The translations under genes and the position numbers were made by a program. Below the pieces are notes generated by a model. It was not told the DNA's origin. It ran no database searches and was given only the letters and a program-made list of their open reading frames with translations. 64,000 bases of DNA from Nageia nagi (taxonomy: Eukaryota > Plantae > Pinophyta), in the NCBI GenBank assembly GCA_050084985.1, contig JBITNC010000002.1, forward strand, positions 8,060,001-8,124,000, in the 5' to 3' direction. This document shows positions 1 through 13,413 of the stretch, piece after piece (the stretch's first letter is position 1; the number at the start of each line of letters is the position of its first letter).

Positions 1-517
1 CACAAGTAGAGAATTCATCTTCTCAATCCTTGTGTATCATGCATCATTACACAAAACCCTCCATAGACTAGGCTCCAAAAAAGAATGAGTCATTCATCAT
101 CTTTAGAAGGTTATACAATCTATCAACAAGATTAAAAAATAATATGACAACACATGAAATATTGAGCAAATTCATATCTTAATAGGTGATACCAAGAGTT
201 ACGATTACATTTAGTGATGAAAATCACATAATGCTTAGAGTAAAATTTATAAACATTTGATAGTTATCTCATGGTCACATCTCTCCTTTCATAGGCAAGC
301 TTTCTTCTTAACCAAGACACTTGACTTAGCACTTCTTAAATATTACACCACAAAAGAAAGAAATAAATGAGATAATAAAGCAATATTATAATAATTAATA
401 AATAATCAAAATAGATATCTATAATATAACAATTATAATATCAATAATTATTATCTTTATCTTGATACCTACAATATGTTTTTTAAAATAAATAAAAATC
501 AAATTTGGGTGTCTACA
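1..517 (-). mobile_element. LTR fragment running off the window edge
   Basis: Ends in ...TTTGGGTGTCTACA (TGTAGACACCC on the minus strand), similar to the LTR start TGTAGACCCT at 31531. AT-rich and non-coding. Confidence 0.45.
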
Positions 518-999
518 TAATCATATAGATGAATTATGATGAAAATAACTATCTTTAGTAGGAAAACATACTTCATAAAGATAAAATAGAAAAATAAAGA
601 ACACATAATATATGACAATTTTCATGTTTATATTTGGGATATAAAAGTATACTATATATATTTGGTTGATTCAAAAATTTATTTAAAAAAAAGGTAATTA
701 TATAATATTCTTTAATTAGAAAAATAAATTATAACTATCTCTTTAAATTTTCATCAACTCAAATTTACCACAAGACTCTACAATGCTACTCATGGTCAAG
801 TCTCTCCAATGCATCCCTAAGAGAACTCCCCACTAAACCCCTAAATTCTAACATTCTCAAAGATAACCTTTATTGAGAAAGCAACAAAGTCATGTTTACC
901 TTTACATTTAAAAACCACTATATGGTATACTTATGCATCCCTCGATTCGACTTTGTTACGTATCAAAAATTGCCAAGATTCAATCGTTTAGGTGGGTAT

Positions 1000-3900
1000 G
1001 ATTACCCCTACAATATAAGATAGAGAAATAGTTCAATTTGTATCCAAGGATTTCCCTTAGCTAGATCATCATATATTTAATGCAATAAAGTGTAGCTGCT
1101 CACGAGTAGAAAGGACCATTAACGATTTTACCACAAATATTGTAAATTGAATTATGTTAACCCTTCAACAAGACCATTGCATATCCATTAGGTAATACAT
1201 AAAAAATCTAAAATATTTTAATAGAATACATGATGTAAAAGTGACCAAAAATAAGTAGAGGTGTTATCACATAAGGAAATAATCTCAACTTAGGAACCAA
1301 TTGCTAGTAAATAATTGTTTTCAAAGTCCAAGATATAATCTTAAGATAAGAAGAGTATCAAATAAATTGAAATAATATTGCATTCAAATTAGAAATACTT
1401 CATTTACACTCGTTAATAGAAAAAAGATAGATCTCCATGAAATAATATTAAGCCAATAAACTACCTTGGATATTAATTTATTTTTGTTCCTTACGATAGA
1501 AGGAAATAATATGAACTTCATAATGGCATTTAGTTAAGGAGGAGGTAGGAAAATGCAGAAAGAGGGAGAAACATAGAGAAAATACTCTAAGCCTACTAAA
1601 ATTAATACCTAGCCTAAATATTAAAAATTAACACCAATTTTCCTTATTCATTGCCTAATTTTACAATTGTCATGAGTGACCATTCAATAATGTTTACTTG
1701 TCATAGATTTGTCCTTGTTGTGGATGGATAGAAAGATGCACTATAATATCACATTCCCATCCTTGTTCATGAATGATCATAATCAAATCTCATCTATTAT
1801 TGCATGACCATGTCCATTACTGATATGTCATCCCATCATTTTGCAATTATTGGTTGGAAGTTAACATGATAACTAACATATGTCAAGCCTTAAAATTGAG
1901 ATCACAAGATTTGATCTCATGGTCTTTTGTCTCTTTTGAGTTTTAATCAATGGTCACCAAGTCATTGTCAATAAGTTGTTAGTGTTACTAAGCTTAACTT
2001 TCATTTTTTGATGTATCAATAATCCTTTAGTGTCTCTTGACTTCCTTTTATCTTGACAAATAACTCAACAACACACCTTTTGTCTAACATTGGACTACAC
2101 ATGTTGCCCTTAATCCTAACGAATACTAGATAATTTGACTTTGGCTACCTATTCTAACAAAATTATAATTATGACCTTATGATCACAATTGCATGTTATA
2201 GTTTATTTAGTTTTCATATCTAAGTTTGAATGGGTCTCCATCCTTAGATATTGAGGTTTTGGCTAGCTACTCAATCGTCAAGTCACTAGAACATTCAATG
2301 AAGGCTTGACAAGTCATTAATAGCAATTATCACTGATAAACTACATTTGCTAATTTGCTAATATGGCATTCATACATTAGCCATTATCAACATTCTAATT
2401 GAAGGTTCACCATTGTTTGGCACTTACAATCCTCAATCAGTAGATCTTTATGAACCCCTTACCATTCTTGTAAAAGAGGTGTGTTTAATATACTCAAATA
2501 AATGGCTCTATCTTGGGGATTTCTTGACCTATTTTTAAATCAAGGATCCAAAATCTCCACTAGATACATGACTAGTTTTATCTACAAAAAGGAAACTAAC
2601 AAATCACAATGAACAAAAGAGACAACTTTAAAGGAGTTTACAAAACATTTAACAAAACATTTTATTGATAGTGTGTAGTATCTCCTAAATATTTTCAAAG
2701 GATAATAAAGTACTAGTCTAGATTGAATAGAACATCGAGTACTTCCATAAAGAATAAAAACCCAAGAGTGTTGTAGAGGATTTCTAATGATTACATGAAG
2801 GGGCACTATGAATTGAGGTCCTTGGCCTCATCTAATGGCTTTTTGACATCGTTCGAGATATTTGGTCTTTCATCTTCTTCAGATGATGTTCTATTCATTC
2901 CAAACTTTTGTTGGTTGTTTTCTCATCATCTTAGCTAAAAGAGAATCCCTTAATTTGGACTCTAAGATAGCTATCTTGCTTTCATCTCAAAGGAGATTCC
3001 ATTGTATGCAAAAGTATCTTTCTCAAGCAACATTATGTCTACCACCTCTCCTATCCTAATATTTGATTTCTCATCATTAGTAAGCACTCGACTTGGTTGT
3101 GTAAAAATCTCATAACAAGGAATACATGACTTACCTTGTGGTTTGTCATCCTCTCTTAGGTTCTAATGAATGCTTGTTTTCACTTGCTTTCAATTAGTGT
3201 GATTTGGTCCATCAAGAATAATTATACCTTCACATTAGAAACTTTAGATTTGTTAAATTGAATAAGAGCCATGGGGTTCTCTATCTTGAAGAGATATGTA
3301 TCATGTTCTTTCACCATCCTTTATGTGTATTTGAGTTGTATGGTTCTTCTTCTTTTGATAGTTTTGGTTGTTCAAAGATGATTAGATCCACACATTATTT
3401 TCCACAAAATTCAAGCATGTCTAAAGGTCCCATCTCCCATTCCAATCTTAATATTCTAAACTTGAATCGTGCTTTAGCAATTGCCAAGAGATCTTGAAGA
3501 TTTTATAGGGAATCAACATCATATTCATTTTCTCAAGACATTATCAAGGATTGAAGCTATCGAGGTCCATATCTCATGATATAAATGGAATTTAACTAAG
3601 ACCAACTTTGGATTAAACCACTAGGTAGGTTAATGAACCAATCATGATCAATATTTGCATGAGATTTTGCAAAAATATCCTTATGAGAACATCCTCATGT
3701 TCTATTCCTAATTCATTAGTTTATTTTCTAAAGGACTCAAGGTGCTCTTTAGTAGATTTAGACCCATTAGGTAAGAACTTAGGGAAGGACTCTTTGATGT
3801 TTTTAGGAACAACACAAGGTTGGCCAAGAAGCTTAGAGAAATAAAGCGACCTATATTTTGACATAATAAACTTGTAATTTTGGGTAAATATATCAATATT

Positions 3901-4220
3901 ACAACGAAGGGATCCAAAAATTAAGGGGTTTTCATAACAAGTCAAAGATTTCAACTTACTAGGCATAAGCATGATTTTTTGGAAAAACAAAATTGGGGTT
4001 TTCAATGGAGTTGATAGTATCCTAAAAGATCCAATGGTATTACAAATTTTGGATTCTTCATCAATGTCTCTTTCACTAAGAGACTAATGATTCCTCAATA
4101 TTTTTTAAGGTGAGGGTTTCTCACAAGCTTTATTCAAAATCCCTTTACAAAATATTTTACTTGAGCTATATATATTAAAGTTGTTAGTATTCTTAAGAAT
4201 TTGAAAAAAATAAGATCAAC
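1000..4220 (-). pseudogene. Heavily degenerate Ty3/Gypsy pol remnant (protease/RT/RNaseH/integrase region)
   Basis: Short broken minus-strand frames with weak pol-like fragments, lying downstream of the gag at 4225-4973. Many stops and frameshifts. It may be an older element than that gag. Confidence 0.5.
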
Positions 4221-4224
4221 CTTT

Positions 4225-4973
4225 TGTACTGCTATGTCACGATCAATGGTATGTGGTTCTACCGACTTCGAATAAGCCTTCTGAAACTTGTCGTTGAAGT
4301 TTCTCATGGGTTCGCCTTGGAACTTCTTTGTGTTGACAAATTGCTTGTATATGACATTAGGATTAAGAGGAATTTGAAATCTTTGCAGGAATGCTTCTTC
4401 TAATTGCTTCCATGATGTGATAGATCTCGGCGTTAGGCTAATATACCATTTTTAGCTCGACATTCCAAAGTATGGGAAAAACCTACATGCCACATCTTCA
4501 TGCTTGACATACAATCTGGTTAGAGTATCAATGTAAGATTGGATGTGGTCTTCTATTGATACAAGATTGTTGGGATTGTACTTTTGGAAATGCCTTTCAT
4601 GGTTCTTAGGAAACTCATGCTGGTCACTCAGAACATAGATAGGACTTACCCTCAACCAAGCTGGAGGATTTGCGGCCATGTTGTTCCTATGCTGTGCAAC
4701 AAACGGAACAATCACTTGAGATGAAGCACCATCTTGTGGCTGTGGGACTTGTTGTGGTGTTACACCTGGTTGTGTGGAATTCAAGAATGGAACCAAGTGT
4801 TTTGAAGGGCTAGGATTTGTGAAGGACATATCAGATGAAGTTGAGGTGGAAGCATCCTTAGGGACTTGAATTTGAGCTTCGTCTAATTCTTGGGAGAGTT
4901 GCACTTCTTCTGGCTTAGGCTGATTCTTCCTCAGCGTCAAATTGTACTCGATCAGGTCTCTCTTAGGTCCCAA
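4225..4973 (-). pseudogene. Gypsy gag remnant (retrotransposon gag domain)
   Basis: ORF 4452..4973 contains HEFPKNHERHFQKYNP...EDHIQSY...VKHEDVACRFFPY and continues by frameshift into WYISLTPRSITSWKQLEEAFLQRF, typical plant Gypsy gag. It lies directly downstream of a PBS and LTR. Confidence 0.85.
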
Positions 4974-5026
4974 CTTGTTAAAGTACTACCAAGAAACAAC
5001 ACTGACTAGGAATAGAGACAAGTTGG

Positions 5027-5043
5027 TCCTCCTTCTAACACCA
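5027..5043 (-). promoter_or_regulatory. Primer-binding site, tRNA-Leu-like (degenerate)
   Basis: Minus strand reads LTR end ...CCCAACA, spacer TTAAT, then TGGTGTTAGAAGGAGG. This is close to TGGTGTCAGAAGTGGG, the complement of a tRNA-Leu 3' end. Confidence 0.6.
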
Positions 5044-5889
5044 ATTAATGTTGGGTTATTTCCCTTTCCTACCCTGCGAGGCTAAAAAAAATGCCAACAC
5101 CTTAGATAGAAGGGTGTTACCCCTTCCCACAATGGGGACTGGTTACCCCAAAGGTCTCTCTTCTAGGGCTTACAAGAATGAAGCTTAGAGAACGACCAAG
5201 ATGTTTGAAGCTGCCACCAACACAAATATCATTTGTTTACCAAGGGCTCGGATTATCTCAATATATAGACAAGATTGTTTCTCAAGAGCACTAAAACGAA
5301 AGGTTGCGAAAACCGCCACAAGAAAGTGTAAAATAAAACAAAATTGTAGATAGAAGGTGGGTACAAGGATTGAACACAAGCATATGCTTACTCACGGACT
5401 TATGCAGGGTATTAGAAGTCAACTCTCTTGAGATCGATATAGGTTCCACGCACCCTGAACCCACTCCACTAGCCAACAACATGAATGGCCTAGTGGAAGG
5501 AGTGTGAAGCTATTGCAAGGATGGTGAATGATGGAGTGAAGGTAGTTTTAAACAAATGGGGTGAAGTTCCTAAAATGAGCGACATGGGGGAGCCATTCCA
5601 AGATGCACAAGTCTAAAATGCAAACAATGAATTATTGCTTTCACGATACTACTCCAAACAAGGTGCATCTTCCTTGCCTCTGCAACATCTGACTTGACAT
5701 GTTCACCTTTTGGCATCTGCGAGAGCAATCTAGTAGCTTGCATGTAACACTTGGATGACGTGGGACCTTGTCTTTGAAATCTGGCCATCTTGGGTGTGTG
5801 CCTCTTTTACTCAAACTCTTTGTGACTTCACTTTCTCCTAGGTCCAACCTCCTCTAGATTTCTCCTCAAACGCTTCTTGAAGCCTCTCC

Positions 5890-6460
5890 ATGCTTGGAGC
5901 ATGCCAAAAAAAGTCACAATCTTATCTTTTTTTTCGGATGCGAGAGACTTGCTTTGCCTGCCTAAACTTGGAGCATGCCAGAAAAAGACAAGATTTTGTC
6001 TTTGTTTTTTTCCGGTGCACTAGGCTTGCCAGTCTCCCCAGTTTGGGTGCATGCTATAGAAAGTCAATTTTTTTTTAATTTTTTTCCGGTGCACCCATCT
6101 TGCTAGTCGTCCTAGCTTAAGCGCATGCCAGAAAAAGACAAGATTTTGTCTTTTTTTTTGTGGTGTGCTTGCCTAGTGATGCCCATATTTGCTTTTTTTG
6201 GACCTCTGAGCACAAGACTTAGCCATAATTTTGTTTTTCTCCTCATCTTGATCTACTCCTTGGTTGGGCACATGCCACAAAAAGTCATAACTGTCTTTTG
6301 GGAGCATGCACTAGCCCTCCTGGACCTGTATGTGCTCGATACTGATATTGAATGTTCATGCCTTTGCCAAATTTTGTCTTGAGCTCGACCTGGATGTCTT
6401 CCTAATCTGGGCGCATGGCACAGAAAGACAAAATCTTGTCTTTTTGAGATGTGCATTGAG
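5890..6460. repeat. Degenerate ~74-bp tandem array within the LTR
   Basis: Recurring (C)TTGGAGCATGCCAGAAAAAGACAAGATTTTGTC-like units at ~5892, 5966, 6041, 6115, 6260, 6407, and again at ~10109. Confidence 0.65.
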
Positions 6461-6471
6461 TCTCTGGGAGA

Positions 6472-9400
6472 GCCAAGAAGTCCGTAGATGAGGCAAAGAA
6501 CTAGGTTCCTAGCCCACTAGAGCTGACTAAGATTTTCAGGGAGTATTCCATGTTGGATCCAGGGTTGAGGAGAAACATGAATTTCAACTGCTACTTGGAG
6601 ATCCTAGGGCTGAAAGGGAGCAACTCATATGGTACGCATGCCCAAAGTAACTCGTGGGGAGATTAGAGAGACCTACAACAGAAGATTAATAAAATGTAGG
6701 TGCTGCTATATGATGACAAGAGGATGACGACTAGGGCTTGGCTACATCACCTATAGATTTATTTCCCCTTGAGCCCAAATATGGTAGAGGAGGTGCAATC
6801 CACTTTGCATTATTAAACTTTGAGGGTGATGCCCTTGAATGGTGGCAGCATGGAGTAATTAGCCATGTTTACTCAAATATCAACTCTTTCAATGAGTTTG
6901 CCAGGAGATTGGTTGAGATTTGACAGAAAGAGGCAGAACGACTATTTCAAAGATTTGACATCTTTAAGATAACAGGGTGCCGTGGATGAATATGTGTCGA
7001 AGTTTTAGAAGATTGCAATCATGATTCACCACATTCTTGAGGAGCAATCGACATTATTCTTCATAGAGGGATTGATGGAGCCATTACAGGGGATGGTCAA
7101 GGTATCCTCACCAAGGAGCCTTGACGATGCTATCAGGGCTGCATATGACTTAGAGTCGACTATGAAATCTCTCAATGGAGGACAAGCGCATAAGGGCCAG
7201 CCACTCAGAAGACATTTGTTGAGAAGGAGGGGCCTAGTAGGTCCAAACCATTTCCTCCACCTCGAGGAAGTTAAGGGAGGAAGGCAAGTGCTTCTATTGT
7301 AAGAAGACTTGGGAGCTAGGGCACTATTGCCAAGGCAAGGGGTAGGTGCATTACATCGAGGTGTTTTTTGATGAGGAGACAGACAATTTAGATTTGGATC
7401 TTGGCATGGACATGTTGGATCAAGAAGCACCCAAGGAGGAAGACTCATTGGGGAGTATGATCGCTTCACTCCATGGGGCGAAGAAGTACCTCACATTGAA
7501 GGTGGTGGGGCAAGCAGGTGGTTATGATGTGATGGTCTTGATTGATCATGGATCATCCCACAACTTCATTGATGAAGGATTTGTGGAGAAGAACTTAAAG
7601 ACCAAAGGATTTGAATGATTTAGAGTTTCCAATGCCAACGGGAAACTCACTTTTGTAGACCACATCGTTGAGAAGTTTGGGGTAAGACTGTAGAGTTACA
7701 CAGTGAGGAAGAACTTCTATGTTTATTCTTTGAAGGGACATCTTCACAATATTCTGGGTGTGCAGTGGTCGTTTGAGTTGGGTGACATCCACACCAACTA
7801 CCAGAAACTCACTATGAGTTTCGAGATTGAGGGGAAGACCCATACATTGCAGGGGATTCGAGATGATTGTCCATAGGTGGACAACAGACGGCTAGAGGTG
7901 GTTGAGTGGTGTTAAAAGGAGGAAGAAGAAAATGAGGTCACGTTGGACATGGAGGAGTCTTGGCACGAGGTTATAAGCAATGAGGAGCTCCCATACCCCA
8001 CATTACACATTAGGGAGCTGGGATACCTGATGTGGAGCTTGGAGGGCCTTCTACATATCACATTGCAGCTTGGGGAGGCTAGGTGCTACACGTTGAGCTT
8101 GGAGGGGCTCCTGCAACTCAAGTTGGGCCTTGAGAAGGCTAGCTACCTCACGTTGGGACTTGAGAAGGCTTGTCACTTAATGTTGGACTTGAGAGAGCTT
8201 CTACCCCTCACGTGGGACATTGAGGAGACTTGGAGCTGGATGTTTAGCTTGGAGGAGCTCTTGCACCCCATGTTGGATTCAGAGAAGCTGCTACACGGCA
8301 TAATGGTGAGCATGGAGGAGTTTGGGCACTCCATGATGGGATTGATGAGGTTTGGTCACCCAATTATTGGGTTGATGGGTTGTTGGCTTCCCACGTTGGG
8401 CCTGGGAAGGCTTGGATACTTGGCATGGGGCATAAAGATAGTTTGACATCCTACGTTAGAAGTCAGGGAGGATTCGGACTCCATGTTGGTGGTTGGAATA
8501 GTTTGGGACTCCATGTTCAGGTTGGGGAAGGCTGGGCCTCAGCTATGGAGCAAAGGCTCCACCTGTTTACACTCACATGATTTACTTGAGGTTTTTGTAG
8601 GAACATTCTCTAGGAGGCTTTCATCTGCATGCATCCTTATGCTTTTGAGGACAACAATTTGGCATTGGACGAGTAGTGACAACAACAACATATTAGACTT
8701 TTTGCATACATTGTTGATACATGAGGATACAACTTCAACATTTCACACAGGACCTTCATCATGGAGGGAACATATTTGGCAGATTGTAATCAACAAGGCT
8801 GAAGGATTCTTGGAAGATAGTATGATGCAACATTCTACCATTGCTTGAGTGAAAGCAATTTGAGAGGGGAGGCTTTGTGATGCTCCCTTTTGATTATTTT
8901 ATTTAATTTTGGAATCCAACAGATTCCCCCTTTGTATATATTTAATTATTAATTATGTTTTATTAGCTAGGACTTGGGATATAAGACTTAATGGGTCATT
9001 GGACCCCACTATGAGCCCCAAGTGGGACATCTCCCTCCCAAGTGTAGATTAGAGTGTTTTAATGTACTTGGAGATCCCGAAACATGATTGTCGGAATCCC
9101 AAGGTCTATTTAGCACTTAGTGGATGGATGAGCACTTAATGGCCCTAATGTTGAGATGGGAAGCACTTGTACACATGCGCCAGCCTTGGGAAGACTTCTA
9201 GACCCTCAAGTTGGCCCATGTTGCCCCCCTAGATGCCCACGAATGCCTCCTAGATCCACGCATGTATTCTTGGACCCACGTGGAGCATGAGGGAGGCCCA
9301 AATACCCATGTTGGGCCTGAAAAGACTCCTAGGTGCCAACGTTGGGGTTTGAGGGGACTAGGTGATGACATTGAGGTGAGATCCAGATCTAGGAAAGCTA

Positions 9401-10014
9401 TATTATCCCTTGGAGCCTTATTGTTGGATATACATATTTGATATTATTCTCATACCGTGTAGAGGACAGAAGTCTTAGCGCAGCACTAAGCAAGATCCCT
9501 AGTTGCAGCATTTAGAAGGGTTGACAGGCTGAGGGATCCTGTTAATCTACGGCTTTGGTGTAACACTCTGGCCCATCCAGTGGTATTTCGAGGTTGAGCT
9601 TCTACCATTCAATTGGTCACCAGGGTTTGAAGTGGGCTCCTTCGGTGGAGAGGATTCAGATTTTGAGGGAGCAAGATTGTCCCATCCATCATCCGTCCGT
9701 CCAACATTGAGAGACACACCTTGTGCCCTAGTTGGCTCCTTGGAGGCCAACGTCCAGCCCTTGGGGAAATTGGATCTCAGTATTTGTCTTGTGTATGCTT
9801 TCATATTGTAACGTTGTAGTGTATTCACTCTTTCATGCATGTTATAGCCAGACGTTGGCATTGTGAGGTGTTGTATGTTGATATTTGCTAGTCTTGGCCA
9901 AATGTTGGCATTATTGCATTGTTGAAGCTTAATCTGGATGCCCTAAGTCAGATGTTGGAGCATACTTGTGTGTTTTTGATTAAATTGCACTAATATTGCA
10001 TTTAGGCTTTTACA
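6472..10014 (+). mobile_element. 5'-truncated non-autonomous Gypsy element (Gag-protease plus 30-bp array, no RT/INT), copy A
   Basis: gag (FEGDALEWWQH), zinc-knuckle-like segment, protease (VLIDHGSSHNFID), 30-bp array 7939-8570, PPT GAGAGGGGAGGCTT at ~8862-8875, 3' LTR TGTGATG...TTTTACA at ~8876-10014. Homology to copy B begins abruptly at ~6472. Confidence 0.85.
7939..8570 (+). repeat. 30-bp tandem array (~20 degenerate units, core CACGTTGGG) encoding 10-aa repeats
   Basis: Motif at 8059, 8089, 8119, 8149, 8179, 8209, 8239, 8269, then 8332, 8362, 8392, 8422, 8452, 8482, 8512. ORF 7943..8446 reads LTLGLEKACH/LMLDLRELLP/LTWDIEETWS. Confidence 0.85.
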
Positions 10015-13000
10015 AAAAAACATAAACTTGTCTTTTGAAAGCATGTATTTGGCATTAGGATGTCTCCACTTCACTTGTGCCTCATCTCGATTTGGGTAGC
10101 TCCTGGATCTGGGCGTATGCCACAAAATAACAAAATCTTGTCTTTTTGAGACGTGCGCTAGCTTGTTGGGGGCTGCCCTTCACCCTACTTTGGCTCGAAC
10201 TTGACCTAGATTCCCTAACGCTATCTAAATTCAATTTCTTGACTCTAGAATTAGTTTTTTTTTTTTTGAGATTTCAAGTTTTTTCTAACATGGCTAAGAC
10301 TAAGAACTTGTGGTGAACTTTAGTACCATATAGGAACTTGTGGTGAACTTTAGTAAGACTAAGGTTGTGGCATTCAATATTTCGAAAATCGTGCTAAATC
10401 AAACTTAGATCACATTCTGTGATAATAGAATCAAGATAGCCATCTCCTACACCTACATGGTGTTGGGATGTGTTCCCTTCCTCTTACAAAGACCACCTAG
10501 GGTGATAATTGGAAAGGCATCCGAACATGTGGTAAGGATTGATTACCCCAAGGTTTCTATATCTCAAAGTATTGTCTATGGAAATAATAAGAACTTGAAC
10601 TTGGAATGACCGATTGGGGAAGAGTGACAGCAACTGTTATCACGTTTATTGTGGGCTCTTGGAGTTTGCTTACACCTATTGAAAGGATAAACTTTTGAGG
10701 ATTAAAAAAGGGAAAATAACAAAGTAAAAGCTAAAGGAAATACAAATTGGGGATGATGGCATACGAGGTTAGTTCATTCAAATACAAGTTCACCAATGGA
10801 CCAGTGTCTAGATCACCTTCTCTTCGGGTTTATTATGAGATGCTTGCTTACTTGTCCAACCTTGCCACAAATGAACAAGTCCAAATTGTAGACAAGGAGC
10901 CTATAGCAGTGTTACCAAGAGCAATACATTGAACAACATATCAAACCAAATGACATAGAGAGAATTTCAGTAAGATACATCCATTTATGTGTGAAAGAGT
11001 GAACAATGTTCATCAAAACTTCTTAAGATGTTTGTTCAACTTTTTTACAAGCATACACTCATAAAAAATGCTCACAAGTCATATAGCAACTACAATCAAA
11101 CACCAAGTAACAATACTCAAGTTCACAATCCCATGAAATGAAACAAGTCTTGATGTATTAAGTTATGCTCAACATTCACATGCAAGAGTATTAAAATTTT
11201 TAACAAATTGACAATAGTTCTTCTCTTGAGCAAATGATCATCCTCCTTTACAAATGAGCCCCATTAGGGTAATTATAGTTTTTGAATGAAACCATAACCC
11301 TAATTCAAATTCAAATGAAATCAACCCTAATTCTAACCAGAAAATGACAACATAAGATTTAATTTAGCACTTGTGGGAGCAAATCCTTATCCATCACAAG
11401 GCAAAACCAAAATGTATAAAATTTGAAGTCCAAAATAAAGAAATTATGCATAAATAAATATATTGCATCAAAGATGCAACGTATTCATCCCGACTGGTGC
11501 TCATGAATCCTTCTATTTCCTTCACCCTTGCAACACATGACTTGAAAATTCCATCTTTTGGCACTCAGAAGAGCAACTACCAACCTGTAGGCATTACTGG
11601 GAAGGTCAAGAGCACATTATCTTCGAAATTTGGCAACTTGGAGAGGGGCCCACATCTTGAGGAGTCACACTAGTGACTTTGGACAAGTGCTATTAATCCC
11701 GGAAGGCATTCCTACTTGGGTGCATTTCTCAGAAAGTCATATTTTAGTCTTTTTGTGAGGTGTGGTCAGCCCTTACGTGATTTTGGTTGGTGAGTATTCT
11801 CTAAAAAGTCATCGTTTCATCACTTCGAAGCTCGAAATGAAGTTTTCCTCCAATTGGACCCCTGGAAAAGTCGTAATATCATCGTTTTGGCATGTCAAGT
11901 CCATCATGATGCTCACTTGGTTTGGTCGCACTCCTCAAAAAGTCATAATTCAGTCTTTTGTTTTGTGATTGGTTCACACTGGGAGGTCTCTTAAGTTGGA
12001 CACACTTCTCCAAATGTCATATTTCAATATTTTTTCCTGGTGCGCTGCATGCCTTAGTCATTTTTTTGCTTGAAAATTTTGAACACTTAGCCAAATTTTA
12101 AGGTTCTTTTCGTGGATGCTTATGTTGGTATGTTTTTCTTTTCTCGCCAAAAACATGCACAAGACGTGGAGGAAACGTCGTTACTTGTTTCCGCTTGAAA
12201 GGACTGGTTACCCCAAGTGCTCACATGGAATATGGTTTAGGGTAGTGGTAAGAGATGCATGTTGTTAACCATATACAAAGGAAATACACTGTCGAGACTC
12301 ACGTTCCACAAAAGAGGAAAGACTGCAAATGTGAACGAAAGAGAAGAAAGATCACAAATGTAGGGACAAATGCATAGGAATATAAATGATGAACTCATGA
12401 AGACATCACCAGTGATGCAGTGTCTTGGCAGGTCATCTCCGGATTCATTAAGAAAATGTATGCACATATCAAGCCGGGCAGTCAATAGCAAAAGGCTTAA
12501 GTTACTACTAGACGAGTGTAGGAAGTTGTAGGGTCTTTGTGGAAGATTGGATGGAAGTGAGATGAGGGGCAATGGCCAACATTTGAATACATGAATCTAA
12601 CTGAATGACATAGAGATAAGCTATATGCCCCATAATACATTCACTTATATGCAAACCATGCAATGAACAACTTAAACCTCTTCGAAAGATATTCAATCAA
12701 CTTTTCTCAAAACTTAGTTTTCAAAGAAAATGAACTTTAGTAAAAATCACTCAAATTAACAAGAGAATCTTATAGGATAATATGCATGATCCCACAAATG
12801 ATAATCTTCATAGTATTAACTTTATTGAACTATTCTAGAAAGAAATAAACTCACAATGATATTCCATAGCATGAACAAAAGCATTCCTTGCTTGATTGCA
12901 AAGATCTCAATATGGTATTCAACATAAAGCAAAGATACGACAATATACATCCATGATATGCAAAGAATCTCTTATGCAGCAAATCCTTATGCAACCATAT

Positions 13001-13413
13001 GCAAAAATCCTCCGTTTTAGCAAATGCAATAGTCTCATGCAATCAATGTTATGCAAAAATCCCTTTCTCAATGGTCCGAATGGAGTATAAATAGGCCACT
13101 AGAAGTGTTTCCCTAAAGGCATCAAATCTGATATGTTGTGCACACACGCAACACACATATGAACCGGCGGGAGCAAAACCTCATCCCTGCACCGGTTAGA
13201 ATCATTAATAAGTCTGACAAATTTGATTTGGCGGGAGCAAAACCTCTAATCCCTACACTAGTCAAATCGAGTAAATGAAGTCTGACATAAAAGCAACAAT
13301 AACAATCACCATCAATATGCATTAAACACTGGAAAGGATAATCGCAGTAGATGAAATCTACGAGTGGATCAGATCTAGGTCAGATCTGACCCGGTACCGG
13401 CGGCGTGCCACTC

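Larger units (their letters stand above)
5049..10451 (-). mobile_element. 5' LTR (~1.85 kb net) of the minus-strand Gypsy element, interrupted by element 6472-10014
   Basis: TGTTGGG at 5049 next to the PBS and ...CATCTCCTACA at 10451. The same GCATGCCA(G/C)AAAA..ACAAAATCTTGTC repeat unit occurs on both sides of the insertion (5890-6460 and 10015-10160). Confidence 0.7.

Noticed and set aside
7939-8570. Regularly spaced 30-bp motif resembling a CRISPR array or leucine-rich-repeat gene
   Set aside because: Units are degenerate tandem monomers without unique spacers and lie inside an LTR retroelement in a plant genome. The 10-aa period does not fit the ~24-aa plant LRR consensus.
10303-10354. 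30-bp duplication containing TGGTGAAC (PBS-like)
   Set aside because: Not adjacent to an LTR end and diverges from the tRNA-Trp complement after 8 nt. A simple local duplication.
13135-13152. TGTTGTGCACACACGCAACA as an internal LTR end splitting the 5.3-kb unit into LTR-internal-LTR
   Set aside because: The flanking sequence does not match 17340-17400 and there is no adjacent polypurine tract. Treated as coincidental, but worth confirming by dot-plot.
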